A DNA stretch of 64,000 bases from Haliotis rufescens. Taxonomy: Eukaryota. The DNA lies in assembly GCF_023055435.1 (NCBI RefSeq), contig NW_025964223.1:44516001-44580000 (forward strand), read 5' to 3'. Positions 13,370-25,963 of this stretch are shown in pieces; position 1 is the first letter of the stretch, and every line of letters starts with the position of its first letter. A program made the translations under genes and the position numbers. The notes below the pieces were generated by a model that did not search any database, had not been told where the DNA came from, and was given only the letters and a program-made list of their open reading frames with translations.

Positions 13370-13564
13370 CCCTCTCGAAATGGTAGATATTATCAAACGA
13401 GCATTACTATGAAGTAAAAGGGGTCTGTTTGGCCCCTCTCGAAATGGTAGATAGTATCAAACGAGCATTACTATGAAGTAAAAGGGGTCTGTTTGGCCCC
13501 TCTCGAAATGGTAGATATCATAAAAGGGACATTACTATATAGGTGAAAGGGGCCTGTGTGGCCC
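13370..13564. repeat. 64 bp tandem repeat x3
   Basis: CCTCTCGAAATGGTAGATA... recurs at 13371, 13435 and 13499. Confidence 0.9.
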
Positions 13565-13607
13565 ACTGGAATTAGTAGTTATTATTAGATATGTCGCATT
13601 TAGTATC

Positions 13608-13790
13608 NNNNNNNNNNNNNNNNNNNNNNNNNNNNNNNNNNNNNNNNNNNNNNNNNNNNNNNNNNNNNNNNNNNNNNNNNNNNNNNNNNNNNNNNNNNNN
13701 NNNNNNNNNNNNNNNNNNNNNNNNNNNNNNNNNNNNNNNNNNNNNNNNNNNNNNNNNNNNNNNNNNNNNNNNNNNNNNNNNNNNNNNNNN
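13608..13790. other. Assembly gap
   Basis: N run. Confidence 1.
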
Positions 13791-14052
13791 GAGTAGGAAA
13801 AGAAGGGTATGGAGCTTTAATAATAGCAAGTCCGTGTCGATTTACCATATGTTTGTACTATTTTTATCTCCATTGCAATTATCTAGGGAAATCAGATTGG
13901 GTCTTAGACTTGATATTGTTGAGACAGTAAACAAACACTTCTGAGTAAATCTAATACCAGACCTTTGTAAAAACAATACTCACTTACACTTCAAAGCTTA
14001 GGCCATTATGTAATTTAATTTGAGTAGAGTTGAAGTGTCAGTGCGAATCAAC

Positions 14053-15467
14053 TTACGTTTTCTCACATATGTAACCAGCGTTATCGATGCAGTTGGCGTC
14101 ATACCACATGAACCTCGACCCGTAGTTCTGCAGTACCCCACAGTCCTCGTTCCCGCTCTCAGACCCAGGCTGTCCCGATCCCCAGTTGGCGTAGGTCACC
14201 TTGACCCCGCTATCTCCCCACACCCAGTTTCCCTCCTGGAGTTTGTCATTCGCTCCGAACCACGCCTCGAACCCGGCTGTGGATACCACATCATATATGT
14301 TTATGTCGAATCACTGGTTATATTTGTTACAGAACGTGACAGGTTTCTTGCAAATGTAAACACGGATGTACATATATTGTAGATACTAGTTTTATTATGA
14401 TATATTTAAAATGCGTTTCGGGTTTTATTTTCAGATAAGTTTATATATTTACAAACCACTTACTTTGAAAATTCAGAATGAAATTATTGATGAAGTTGTT
14501 CTCTTCACTGTCTTCTATCTCGGCTAAGTAGGCGTTGAAGGTCTTGCAGATAGCCTGTTATAAAACGCTTCCTTCTTTGTTGTAAATAACTAAAATTATG
14601 TTGCATCCGTCCATTCAATTTTTACATAAGTGACCCCTTAATTACCCTCCCTGTATCAATGAGTCCTCATTAAGACATTTGGTTTCCCCTTGCGCATGAT
14701 AGTGTATTTTACCAATGTGGCAAACAATGTAAAATCAGATGAAAAACCATAAGCACACGCACACGCACACGCACACGCACACGCACACGCACACGCACAC
14801 GCACATGCACTCGCATACGCAAACGTACACGCACACGCACACATGTACGGCCACACACACTAACTGATTCACCCATATTTAGCATGCTGAAGAAAATATT
14901 CATATTTGTTCACGTTCATGATAAACACCAAAATCATGCACTGCGCTTACACTTAACATTTATACTTGTCACGTGAAACCCAAGCCGTATTTGTCAAGCA
15001 GATATTTATGATAGCGGTAGTACTTTACGGTTGAAGTGTCCTATTCAAGGAAAGCTACATCCGCTGACTGCACTTGAATACACATGCCTACCTTTGCGGT
15101 GTCATATGGTTGCCAGGTTGAATTGAAGTTGTAGCACGAGTTCTTGTACACGACCCAGCCGTCGGGGCAGGCACAGGCACAGTCTAATCAAATAGTATAT
15201 AAACGGTTATTAATATTGATATCTTTCGTACAGTATTATATGAAAATCGATGTCTTTGAATCTGATTGATGTGAAATTCCAAAAGACATTGTTTTCGTAC
15301 TTCATGTATGTTAAGCCTTTAAACTAAAAAAGACAATGTGAAGTTATAATGTAAAAACGTCTAATACGTAAGCTTTAGTATGATAATTAATTAATTATAC
15401 TTGTACCTGCTGCGGGAAGGATGGTAAAAACCACGAACAAAAGGAAAGTATTGATTAAGGCGGCCAT
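14053..15467 (-). CDS. Gene E: secreted perlucin-like C-type lectin (QPG/WYD)
   Basis: Exons 15467-15407 (signal MAALINTFLLFVVFTILPAA), 15183-15092 (CPDGWVVYKNSCY), 14554-14464 (AICKTFNAYLAEIEDSEENNFI), 14276-14057 (WFGAND...WGSGQPG...EDC...WYDANC...YICEK). Stop at 14053 if unspliced, otherwise a small last exon downstream. Confidence 0.9.
14752..14842. repeat. (GCACAC)n microsatellite in gene E intron
   Basis: Direct reading. Confidence 0.9.
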
Positions 15468-16612
15468 TGTGGAGTGACTGGTTCCCGACAATCTGTTACC
15501 TCCCAGGCGATATGACGGGTCAACCCACGTAGTGTTGACGACAGTTCATTGGAACACGTGTCCATTAATAGAGTTGAGAAATGTCCTTTATAAACTTGAA
15601 CCTTATCATTTGAGGTACAATGTGAATGCGAATGTGGAACTCAACGAGGATGTTAGTGCTGGCAGAGTTACGTCCCTTGTACAACGTTCCGTGTGTGTGA
15701 CAGTTGGTTTGATCAAATATGCAGCGATTTAAGTGTGTTCTAGTATAAACCTTACTAACATACGCTACGTGGTGTGAGTCTAAACGATCAGTTGTCAGCA
15801 ATATGTGTTCATAGACAGAGAGTTTTCTAAGCTGGTCACAGTATAACATGTCAATAATTTTGTTAGTGTCAGGCATTTAGCCGAGTAGATAAAGCATTGA
15901 CGAGTCTCGACGAAAGCCCGGGGTCGATACCATGCTTGGACACAATGTGTGATGTGGTATTCACCGCCGTATAATGGCTGGAAAATGTTTACAGCGGCTA
16001 ACAACCAATAAATCGTGAGTGAATGGATGAGTGGGTGAATGTTTGTCATGTGAGTGACATATGAGTGAGTCTCTTATAGATGTGCCAACGTGACTAGGAA
16101 ATGAGTCAAACCGTCCAGACAGGTCAGTGGGTCAATCAGTCGTACATGCAGGTCACAGTAATCGGTTCCTATATAAGGGAAGGTGGTCCATTGACGTATG
16201 GCAGAACGGACGATGTTTTGTGAACTGACGACATCTTATTACAGTGCAGGTCCCGTTCTTATATGAGTAGATAAGTCGTGTCCAGGTCTAAATATAGTCC
16301 GAGACACGTTTTATATTAGGCAGCACTACATCATAGCGGTTGAAATAATGACGCCAAGTACATTTTCACAAGAACAAGCCAATATATTGAATTATAGCAA
16401 TGCTACTCAATACATTGGATATAAGATGTATTTTGAGTGTCCCTAACTGCATGGATATCTGTATACATAACCCGCCAGTACATGCATCTGGAACTAAAAT
16501 ACCGTTTGTTTAGCACATAGGGGTTAACTGAGGGTTAACGGTCCATGGTCACCGGCTGATAAGATGTAACTCTCAGGTTAGACACATTCTCTTAGTTTGT
16601 CCTGACATACCA

Positions 16613-19548
16613 ATGTTAACACATCGTGCAAGTGTGATCGCGGCATTGTTGGGAGCGTGGCTGTTACTCACACCAGCAGTATCAGGTAACACAATAATTG
16701 TCCTGGTGTCTAAATCTAGTGTCTGTGAATATCAACCCAAGTGTTTATCAAATATGATATACTACAGTTATATTACTAATTACTGTAATACGATTGATAT
16801 TATTAAAAACATGCGTCTATCAGGATAGCTAAAGATTGGGGACATATCAACTGTTTTACAATGCGACAGTGGTATCAACTCGTTGCCATTTGCATGGAAG
16901 TTTACACTATTAATCATATAAATGAGATGTCATATATATATATCATACAGACATACAATGTACAGACCTACTCATTTTTGTTTTACCTCCCACGTTAAAC
17001 TGGCACAACGTGACACTACAGGAATACCATCAAAATTAGCGCATCACAAACATTTGAAAAAAAAAGATATATTCAATAATTATGTTGAAGGATTCAACTA
17101 TTAATACTTTTCCTAAAAATGGATATTTACTATCGATGACAGAGAAAGATATATCCTTATAGAGAATATAGAAGTTTATTAGAAAAAGGATGTTTATGCA
17201 TTTAGTGAATTTAAGCTTTAGGACATTTTAGTAAAGTTGATTACCGTTGAGAAATAATGAAGGTATGTGGTAAAAAAACGATATATGCATGAGAACCTGT
17301 GATCAGCGGTAGGTAGGATGAATAATGTTTTCTTGTATGTGCTACTTTTGATGCTATTAGAATTAAATTTCTGCAAACGACATGTACCCCCAATGTAGAC
17401 TATGCATACATTTACAAAGATATTTTCAACAAACGAGAGGGAACAATTAAAATGCAGTATATATATTCTATTTATCATGGATATGAAATAAGAAAGTATT
17501 TCTTAAGCAATAAATTTGTGTATATTGCCACTCACATCCAGCAAAATGTTATCTGTATATGGGCCACTTGCCTTCATACTGAGTACGCTATTAGTTGATT
17601 TATTGATAGATTGACTCCCTCACTCACTCACTCGTTATGTCTATTGTGCCTTGTTACAGGTGTGGGTTGTCCCAACGGCTATACCCAGTATGCGCAATCC
17701 TGCTACATGCACCGCAATCAGAAGATGACCTTCATTAAAGCATCTGCAAGTTCACCATTGCTTCACGTCAAGTTGATCACGTTACCATTCCAGATGGGAA
17801 TATGTCTTTGGTTTAACTGTGAAAGTCTGTGACAAACCATTCTATGACTGTTCCGAGTCTAAATCTATGTGAAAGACGACATCGCGAAATTCACGTACTG
17901 TTACTTTTTCATTTGGTGTTGCACTACACCTTGACTGAAAATCGGATTAAATCAAAACAGTATAATAAAAGATGCTCACAATATATACAACCGAATGAAG
18001 ACTTATCCTACTTGCAGCGATGAGGCTTGCCATACCTCGTCTTTTGCCATGTGTCTTCATGATAGTTTATACTTCCAGGAATACTGCCGACAGCACCATG
18101 GCTACTTGACAGAGATTGAAACAGCAACGGAAAGTGCCTATGTGAAGGCATTCCTGAAGGGGAAGATTAGTAAGTGAAAACAAAGAAGTAACTCCTTTGA
18201 ATGCAGTCGTTGTACGCGACCACGTGAGCGTTCCGTGTTAGATCTCAGATTGCGTGTCAGTGTACGCCGACTGCAAGGGTCAGTGGTCACAGTATCAATC
18301 ACTGGTTAGTCTATACGTATTATAGTATCTTTTTATATAATAATATTCGACATACACATGTACTTTGCTTGGGAAGAATCTTCCCTTAATCTTGATAACC
18401 GAACGGTTCACTTGTCATTGAATCATATGATGTCATCTTTTGTTTTGTTTGTTGTTTAACGCCGCAATTTTCCAGCAATATGACGGCGGTCTGTAAATAA
18501 TCCAGTTTGGACCAGACGATCCAGTGATTGACATCATGAGCATCGATGAACGCAATTGGGATCGATGACAGCATCAACCAAGTCAGCGAGGCTGACCACC
18601 CGGCAACGTGGGTTGCTGAAGACCTATTCTACCCCGGATCTTCACGGGTCGATGTCATCTTTTAAATCCTTATGTTATGTAGAAAGTGAAAATATCGAAC
18701 GGCGTAAAACTACCCAATGCTAATTGAATTTACAATGTCGATAGTAATTTAATGTTACGGTCATTACTGTCTATTTCCTAACTGTTATATCACTCACTAA
18801 TGCATAATTTCTGTTTCAGTTGACGATGGTGTCTGGCTAGGTGCTAATGACATTCGGTTTGAAGGCTACTATGTATGGGACAAGTCTGAGAACCCACTGA
18901 ACTACACAGATTGGTACCCTGGAGAACCCAACCAGAAGACTGTCGAGGAGGACTGCATGAGTAGCTGGAAGGTTGAAGGGTATCAGTGGGCAGATCACTA
19001 CTGTGACCGCCCTGACCTCGAGCCATTTTGTGAGACAGAGTAAGTTGTTGGGAGTTTAGGTAATACATAATGCGCGCGAAGACAGGGATATGGGTTCAGA
19101 TATGGTATAGTTCACATGGTATTACGTAGATGCAAATTACTAGTAAAGGAAGCTGGGTATGGGTTTAGAGTGAGTGAGTGAGTATGGTTCTACGCCGCTT
19201 TTAGCAATATCACGGCGGGGGACACCAGAAATGGGGCTTCACACATTGTACCCATGTCGGGACTCAAACCCGGGTCTTCGACGTGACGAGCGAACGCTTT
19301 AACCACTAGGTTACCCGACCGCCCCGTATGGGTTATGGGACACACAATGCTGGCTTAAATATGTGCTTGTATAGGATAAGACATACACAAATACTGCATA
19401 CAAATGAGTGTAATCATTATTCTTTATTGAACGCACAGGCAGCTTGAAACTGTTGTATGAAGAATGTCATGAACAATGATAAGCTAACATATCACAATTT
19501 TAAATGCTCTTTCCGCATCTCTATTTCAGGGTAACGAAATGCAGCTGA
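16613..19548 (+). CDS. Gene F: secreted perlucin-like C-type lectin (EPN/WAD)
   Basis: Exons 16613-16685 (signal), 17660-17745 (CPNGYTQYAQSCY; GC donor), 18079-18169 (EYCRQHHGYLTEIET), 18820-19039 (VWLGAND...WYPGEPN...EDC...WADHYC...FCE), 19530-19548 (VTKCS*). AATAAA at 19548-19553. Confidence 0.9.
18441..18650 (-). mobile_element. Nin-type SINE (family 2), internally deleted
   Basis: Reverse complement of CCCGTGAAGATCCGGG...GGCGTTAAACAACAAAC; full copy at 55561-55826. Confidence 0.75.
19170..19325 (-). mobile_element. Short tRNA-derived SINE (family 3, (ACTC)n tail)
   Basis: Minus-strand A/B-box head and GTGAGTGAG tail; near-identical to 46509-46672 and related to 54283-54428. Confidence 0.8.
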
Positions 19549-19942
19549 ATAAAACGCAAATAAATATCGCGATTTGACTAAAATGCTACGTTTTGTCATA
19601 TTTTGTTAATAGATATATACCAGGAATTGACTATTAATTTTTATCTCTCACATTGCTCTAGCTGGAGTCGCAACACGGATTCTGTTTTCAGGGAGCTTTG
19701 TGTGAACCGTGCCGTAGATGCGAGACGTCACTAATATGGTGTAAAATTGCTATCATTTATATTTCGACAGGGTCCGTTGCATAAATCGGTTGCGACTCAC
19801 CGAAAGCTTGCGACGCGTTCACACCTGTTTAGACTCAGACTCCGTTGTATAAACCACGTCTCAGTGGACGTTGCAGATACGTCGCACGTACATGCATGCC
19901 GTGATGTTGTGATCCAAATTTAGCGACGTTCATTTCTTCCGG

Positions 19943-19945
<3 letters not shown>

Positions 19946-20009
<64 letters not shown>

Positions 20010-20020
20010 TGTGTGTGTGT
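19946..20020. repeat. (GA)n/(GT)n microsatellite
   Basis: Direct reading; adjoins a degenerate family-1 SINE at ~20020-20300. Confidence 0.95.
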
Positions 20021-20329
20021 TGCTGCTTGTACTAGTCTATAGTGTTCTTTTGGACATAGATGGTTATGAATATACTCTTACCTTAATACACATATACCAG
20101 GCAGGCAGCTGAGCGACCATATGCCGCAGTGTAACATGACTCAGACACAGTATCCTGACTCCGAGAAGATCAGTTCTCGTTTTAGCACCGAGCGCCAGGC
20201 AGGGTAACATCAAGTAACATTTTTAACTCACTTCTGGATGAAGCGTCTGGGGATCGAACCTACAACATTCCGCTCTCAGGGTAGGTGATCTATCCACAAA
20301 ACCATGGATGCAGTATGATAGTTTTTTTA

Positions 20330-20705
20330 CACTTTAACAAAAGAAACAAAGCCAAATTTGTGTTAGGTAGGAAAGTACATGTATACCAGGAACCGTACAA
20401 GGTATTCAGCCAAAAGGTTGGGGAGAGAACTCTTGATGATTGTAGTCATCTCAGTTATCGGTACATAGGAAAAGTCCAAGGTGAAGGTCAACTACCATCA
20501 ATAACGAGTAGGCCCCCCGTTGGAATCGATAGCGGATATCTCCATCCCATGGAAGAGACGAGTATGGGAATCACATCCTGGGGAATGGTAGCCCATTCGG
20601 CCTGCAACACAAAAGCCAACTGCTGCAACGTCTGGGGTTGTGGTTGACGTCGGCGTAGACGTCTATCCAATTGATCCCCTAGGTGCTCTATCGGATTCAA
20701 CTCAG
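20330..20705 (-). mobile_element. Tc1 (DD34E) transposase C-terminal remnant
   Basis: ELNPIEHLGDQLDRRLRRRQPQPQTLQQL...EWATIPQDVI matches the Tc1 SPDLNPIEHLW motif and following helix. Confidence 0.85.
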
Positions 20706-21719
20706 AACATAATAATGTTTTCAAGATCACATAAATAAGATTTGACGTGCACTTTACAGGGAATGGCTAAGGAGGTAGGGCATTTGAGTAATACCCTCTA
20801 CGTGATGCTGGAAGAATACAATTCAACCTCTATCAAAAATCTTACTGTCACAATTCATGGTCAATAATAGCAGTAGAATATATCTTCAGGGAAATTGACT
20901 AAAATAATATAAGAAGATAAATTCCAACATAAATATTCCGTTAAGCTCAGCCTATTCAGATAAAAAAAATATGAGAATGAATGAAGGAGTATGGATTTAC
21001 GCCGCTTTCAGCAACATGTCCGCAATATAAGGACGGGGGACATCAAAAATGGGCTTCACACATTTTCTTGCAAACAAACAAACAATGCGTGTATAAATGG
21101 TCGGCTCGGAGTCAGTATACTGTGTCGACGTGTGGTATCCATTTTTACTGCGTCATGGCATATCATTCGGCTAGCACAATACGACTGACATGAGTCTGGA
21201 CGATGGAAGCCGAACGCTCCAATAGATGTCTAGTGGATGATCTACACCAGCTGATACACTCTTGTTGCTAACGATGGATTATATATACATGTTGATGGGC
21301 ATGAAACAAGACTAAACCTTGGTACGACAGACAAATTGCATTTAATAGAGTACTCGGAGGATCCATCTGTAGCGAATGGTTGGTGTTTAGTGCCAAACAA
21401 ACCGCATATGAAGTAAATGCAACATCAAGTCGCCATTCAAAACACCATTTTGTTTCTCATTTTGCGAAGCATTTTTTTATTTCTTTATGCAAGCGGAGGA
21501 GTAGAGGTTCAAGTTTCCAATCCAACATAACACCATCTGTCATCTAGTATGATGTACATTCACTTTAACTACTTCAACGATACTACTCAGAGCCTAGTCA
21601 CACACGGATATTGTAACACTTAACCGTGATACGAATGCTCGTATCATTAAATGAATCATGTGTGACAGTGTCTGATAATAGTCTAGGAAGGAAGACCCGT
21701 CTATTGTGTGTGCTGCTGT

Positions 21720-21726
21720 TATATAA
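21720..21726 (+). promoter_or_regulatory. Candidate TATA box of gene H
   Basis: TATATAA ~55 nt upstream of ATG 21781. Confidence 0.35.
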
Positions 21727-21780
21727 TGACGTTATGCGAGGCGATCCTGTCCCATTGTCTTCACTAGCTGTATGCATGTC

Positions 21781-24060
21781 ATGATGGACCGACAGGGACG
21801 TGTAGACTTCATCACATGCGCCATATTGATGGTCATGGCTTCCGTAAAAGGTACGTTGAATTCACACCATTATTGTCATATATGTGGAGATTAACAGACC
21901 TTCATCAAAGCAACTGTTACGATACCTATGTTCCAATGACAAGTTCTTCTCGATCGTGAACATACCCGTAAATAACAATTACCATTGTAACAATTGTTAG
22001 CATACACATGTATTCAACCGCTTCAGCGGCCTAGTGGATAAAGTATCTACCTGGAGAGTGGTAGGCCGGTTCGATCCCCTGGTCGCCTCATATCAGCATA
22101 CGTAAAAAGACGGTACTTGTACTTTGAATTAAAGGGCTAAAATAAAGACTGGTTGGCCCTGAGTCAGTATACTGTATACTGTGTCTGAACGGATATCAAA
22201 TAAAAACAGTTTTTAGCAAAATTCCACCGTCATCATAGCAGGGGACACCAGGAATGCACTTCTTTCAGTTCACACATGTGGAGAAAAGAAACCAAGACTC
22301 CTGAGCGTGGGGTAGGCCAGCGGTGTTTAAGGCAGGCAGGGTAGGCTATGGCGGCGTTTTGGGACAGGCGGGAAAATATATGGTGGTGTTTTGGACGGGC
22401 GGGGTATCAAATAGTGGTCTTCAGGGCAGGCAGAAACATGTTGTAGTTTTCGCCACACTGTTTGAAGCTCTTTCTGGCGCTCCCCGTGATGTTGCTGAAA
22501 CATTGTTTATAGCGGCATAAAAGCATACCCATTCACTTTTGTAATTTTGATTTCAGCTACGAAGACTAGCCAGTCGTGCTTTACTCCACAGCCTACTCAA
22601 AATTGCTCCTATCATCATCTCACATGTGGAGACGGTGAAAAAGTTAGAATTGATTTTAACAGAACCGTTTTTGTTAAAAAGGCTGATCGATTAGAGTGCT
22701 CGGATGCAGCGAATACCTGTGACTCCCCGACTTACCCAAACTGTTGTGTATTAACAAGAGGAGATCACGACCTTCGTGACTTCAACACCACAGTTCGTGA
22801 GAAAATCAAAACTGCTTGTTTGGATAAGACACACTGCGTGTTTCCTGCTCCACGAATGCAAAACTTGATTTTGTCTGTGGTTAGGTACGACTGTATTCGA
22901 GGTAAGTTGAATGAGTATATCTGAAGTCAAGATAAGGGTAGAGGGTTGGAGGTTAGCTGATAATGACATTCTCATACAAGGTAATATGTAAGCGTATTTC
23001 TCAGTAAAACAATTCAAATCTATCTGGAACGAAATACGGTAACAATTGTATAACCGACATTGCATGTTCCATTGTTAATCAGATGTATTAAGTCGACTGC
23101 CACTGTTTGCACTCAACTACTATCAACAGTTGGACAAACACAGGGATGTGAATATTCACTATTATTGTAATCCGTTAACATCGTGATACATAATAATGTT
23201 TTTTGTGTAGATGACCTTGCAACTACGGGATTTAAAGTTGGCGTTGGCCTCGCTGTCACAGTTGTCATCATCGCTGGAATTTGTGTTACCCTGTGCTATT
23301 TGAAAAGGTACTTTAAATTTTGTAATGTCATCGTTCATTACGTGGTTTCAAACTTTAAGCCGCACTAATAGTGTTCATTATCAATTACCCATTACATACA
23401 ACAGACCTTTTACCTTTGTCCACAAACGTGATGTTGCTAAAAGCGGCCCAAAACCATTCCTTGCACTCTCTCATACACTACACACCACAGCTATACCTAT
23501 TTGTAGTAGAGTCTGTAATTACGATAAAACATTGATCACTTAGATGAATTGAGATATCTCTATTAAAAGATCTCCATTTACATATCTTTGGGAGAATATT
23601 AAGCTACATGCAGCAAACACTGGAACAATCCTTAATGCGGCTTTAAACAACACTCACTAACTCATTAACTATGTTTTTCAGACAAAGGAAACAGTCACCA
23701 CAGCAAAGTAGAAGAAGGTTGGACAGTGCCCTTGCACCACTCTACCATGAGGTGATAGACGCTCGGTCATTCACGGAGCGGACAGGCAGTTATGAATATG
23801 CCACAGTGGAGGAGATACAAGGAAGAGGACAGGACCCAAAACCAGTTATGGAAGGATATGATCACTTAGGGGTCGTGGCCCGCGGTGTGGGGGAACATTA
23901 TGACACTGCGATATCTGCTATGCAACAAGTTAGTCAGCTGTCGGAAGCCGATAGCCACAGAGAAGGAAGACTCATCTACAATCATCTGAGTCTCAAGCCT
24001 CAGAAGACAAAGGTCAACCACAACCATTATGATGTTGCTATGCAACATACACATCAATGA
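21781..24060 (+). CDS. Gene H: type I receptor with divergent SUEL/rhamnose-binding-lectin-like domain and Tyr-motif tail
   Basis: Exons 21781-21850 (signal-like MMDRQGRVDFITCAILMVMASVK), 22557-22901 (LTCGDGEKVRI...KIKTACLDKTHC...VRYDC), 23211-23307 (TM VGVGLAVTVVIIAGICVTLCYL), 23682-24060 (tail with YHEV, YEYATV, YDHL, YDTA, LIYNHL, YDVA). Intron phases 1,1,2 are consistent. Confidence 0.85.
22018..22190 (+). mobile_element. tRNA-derived SINE (family 1) in gene H intron 1
   Basis: GGCCTAGTGGATAAAG...GGTTCGATCCCC head and GAGTCAGTATACTGT core. Confidence 0.7.
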
Positions 24061-25809
24061 CGATCCTCCGATACACAATGAATCCCGTTTATCCGGACGC
24101 AATGTTCAGGATGCATATGACATGTTTCTGAATGCATATATTATATGTCATTACAACGTTTCGTTTTACCTCGTTTATATGAACACTTTATTCGGAACCA
24201 CACCGAGTGACAGAGATCCGCTGAATAAGAAGCAACGGTGACATGGAAACCTTCAGAGTCCTTGTATGATCAAAGTGTACCCTTGTTCTTTACTGTTTAA
24301 AACATTCAAACTCTAACCAAAAAAGAAATAACTATAGATTCCTCCGTATGCAATATGGCAATGTGTTTCCTGTTTGATTGAAAGAAGTGATACAGTGTCT
24401 CAAGTGGTGATGTGACAATTCGTCGTTGTCTTCTTCTGTCAACGTTTGTCATCAGTGTTGTCATCAGAGTGTGACAAAACAATTCCACTTCACAAAGTTG
24501 CTAAAATAATGTGCAATAAGTAGCGTTTCCTCTGTTGGCGTACTATTGCTGAAAGCGGCGTAAAACCATGCTCGTTCACTCTATTGGCGGACATATCGTG
24601 AATAGTGTTATCAGGCACATATCTATAGGTTTCGGACCCCTAACCTTGCAATTAACCGTGGATGCTTGCTGTCAGTTGTTAACTACGGCACCGAAACATA
24701 TCTATTACTTAATGAGCAAGCCTACATAATTGGTTCAACAATTCTTTAGGGAGGTCATCATCTCACAGGCATGGTGATTTTGGAATTGAATAGAAACAAT
24801 AAACATCAAGTTTGTATATAAAATAGTCTTTTTCTGTATCCTCGCGTAATGTACATACAAAAAAGACGATAAGAAACCCACGACCGATTGAATACAGGTC
24901 ACCTGATAGCAAACATAGGCCTACATTTTAACCACACCGGGCAGAACATGTTGACAAAGTATACTCTTGTAGTAATTTCATAAATTCCAGTCGCCACAAA
25001 AGTTACAGGTAAGTGGTTGAGGAAAATGTATCCTTGATGAATAAATCACTACACTTATAGATGAATACATCGCTATACGTATAGACATAGCCACATGACC
25101 TTGTCCGTCATAGTTGTGTCACAAGGCGATTGTCAGTAAAATATATATGATACCAACACTTATGTATTAATCATATTTTATCGACACTTCATGATATTCT
25201 GTGTTGGAGATGTTGTGTGATGTCAATACATTCACTTTTTCATCTTGGTGGTTGCAGTGCCCTGACGTCCAAAAGTTACAATGTGGCGTCATAAACGACT
25301 ATTACGTCATTACACATTACGTCAACAATGACGCCTGTATTACGTTGGCGAATTATTCTGGATAGCATCTTTGCTGTGGGGCGCGTGCTCCTTGAGGATT
25401 TATTTATCCCCCCGCTTTTCTTCAGTTATTTGTTTTACGCACATGTAAATATAACCGTAAATGAAGGACTGTAAACGGCGAAGGATGACATCGTAGGACA
25501 TTTGAGCCATTTTTCGACAGCACCTCCATGTTTTCTTCTCTGCTTGACTGTGATTTCTGGTTTGTCCGCTCTGTACCCGGTTACGGATGTTACAAAGTTT
25601 CAAACGTCTACAACCTGGATCACATTTGGTTTTCTTTCCAAATTAAGTTAACACGCCACTGTATAACTAAACTTCAGAGCGGGTTCAAAGCCAATTCACT
25701 CACTCACCAATCAAGGATAGAATCCAATAGTTTAACAGTACGGAATTAGATAGCTAACAGCAACACCTTCTTCTCTACTTTCACGGCTATCAACATGTTG
25801 GTAGATAGC

Positions 25810-25963
25810 TATTTAACAGTTATTGACCATTCCTGAGGGCAATGTTATGTTTTATGGACCCAAGTTACTGATATTCAGTGAAGCCAGCGGCCGAGGTCAA
25901 TATCCGTTATTTTGGTCCATAAACCATAATATTGCAAGAATCTGGGTCAACAATTGTTTTATA
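25810..25963. mobile_element. Palindromic MITE-like hairpin
   Basis: Arms ACAGTTATTGACC...GCAATGTTATGTTTTATGGACC and GGTCCATAAACCATAATATTGC...GGTCAACAATTGT are imperfect reverse complements. Confidence 0.6.
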
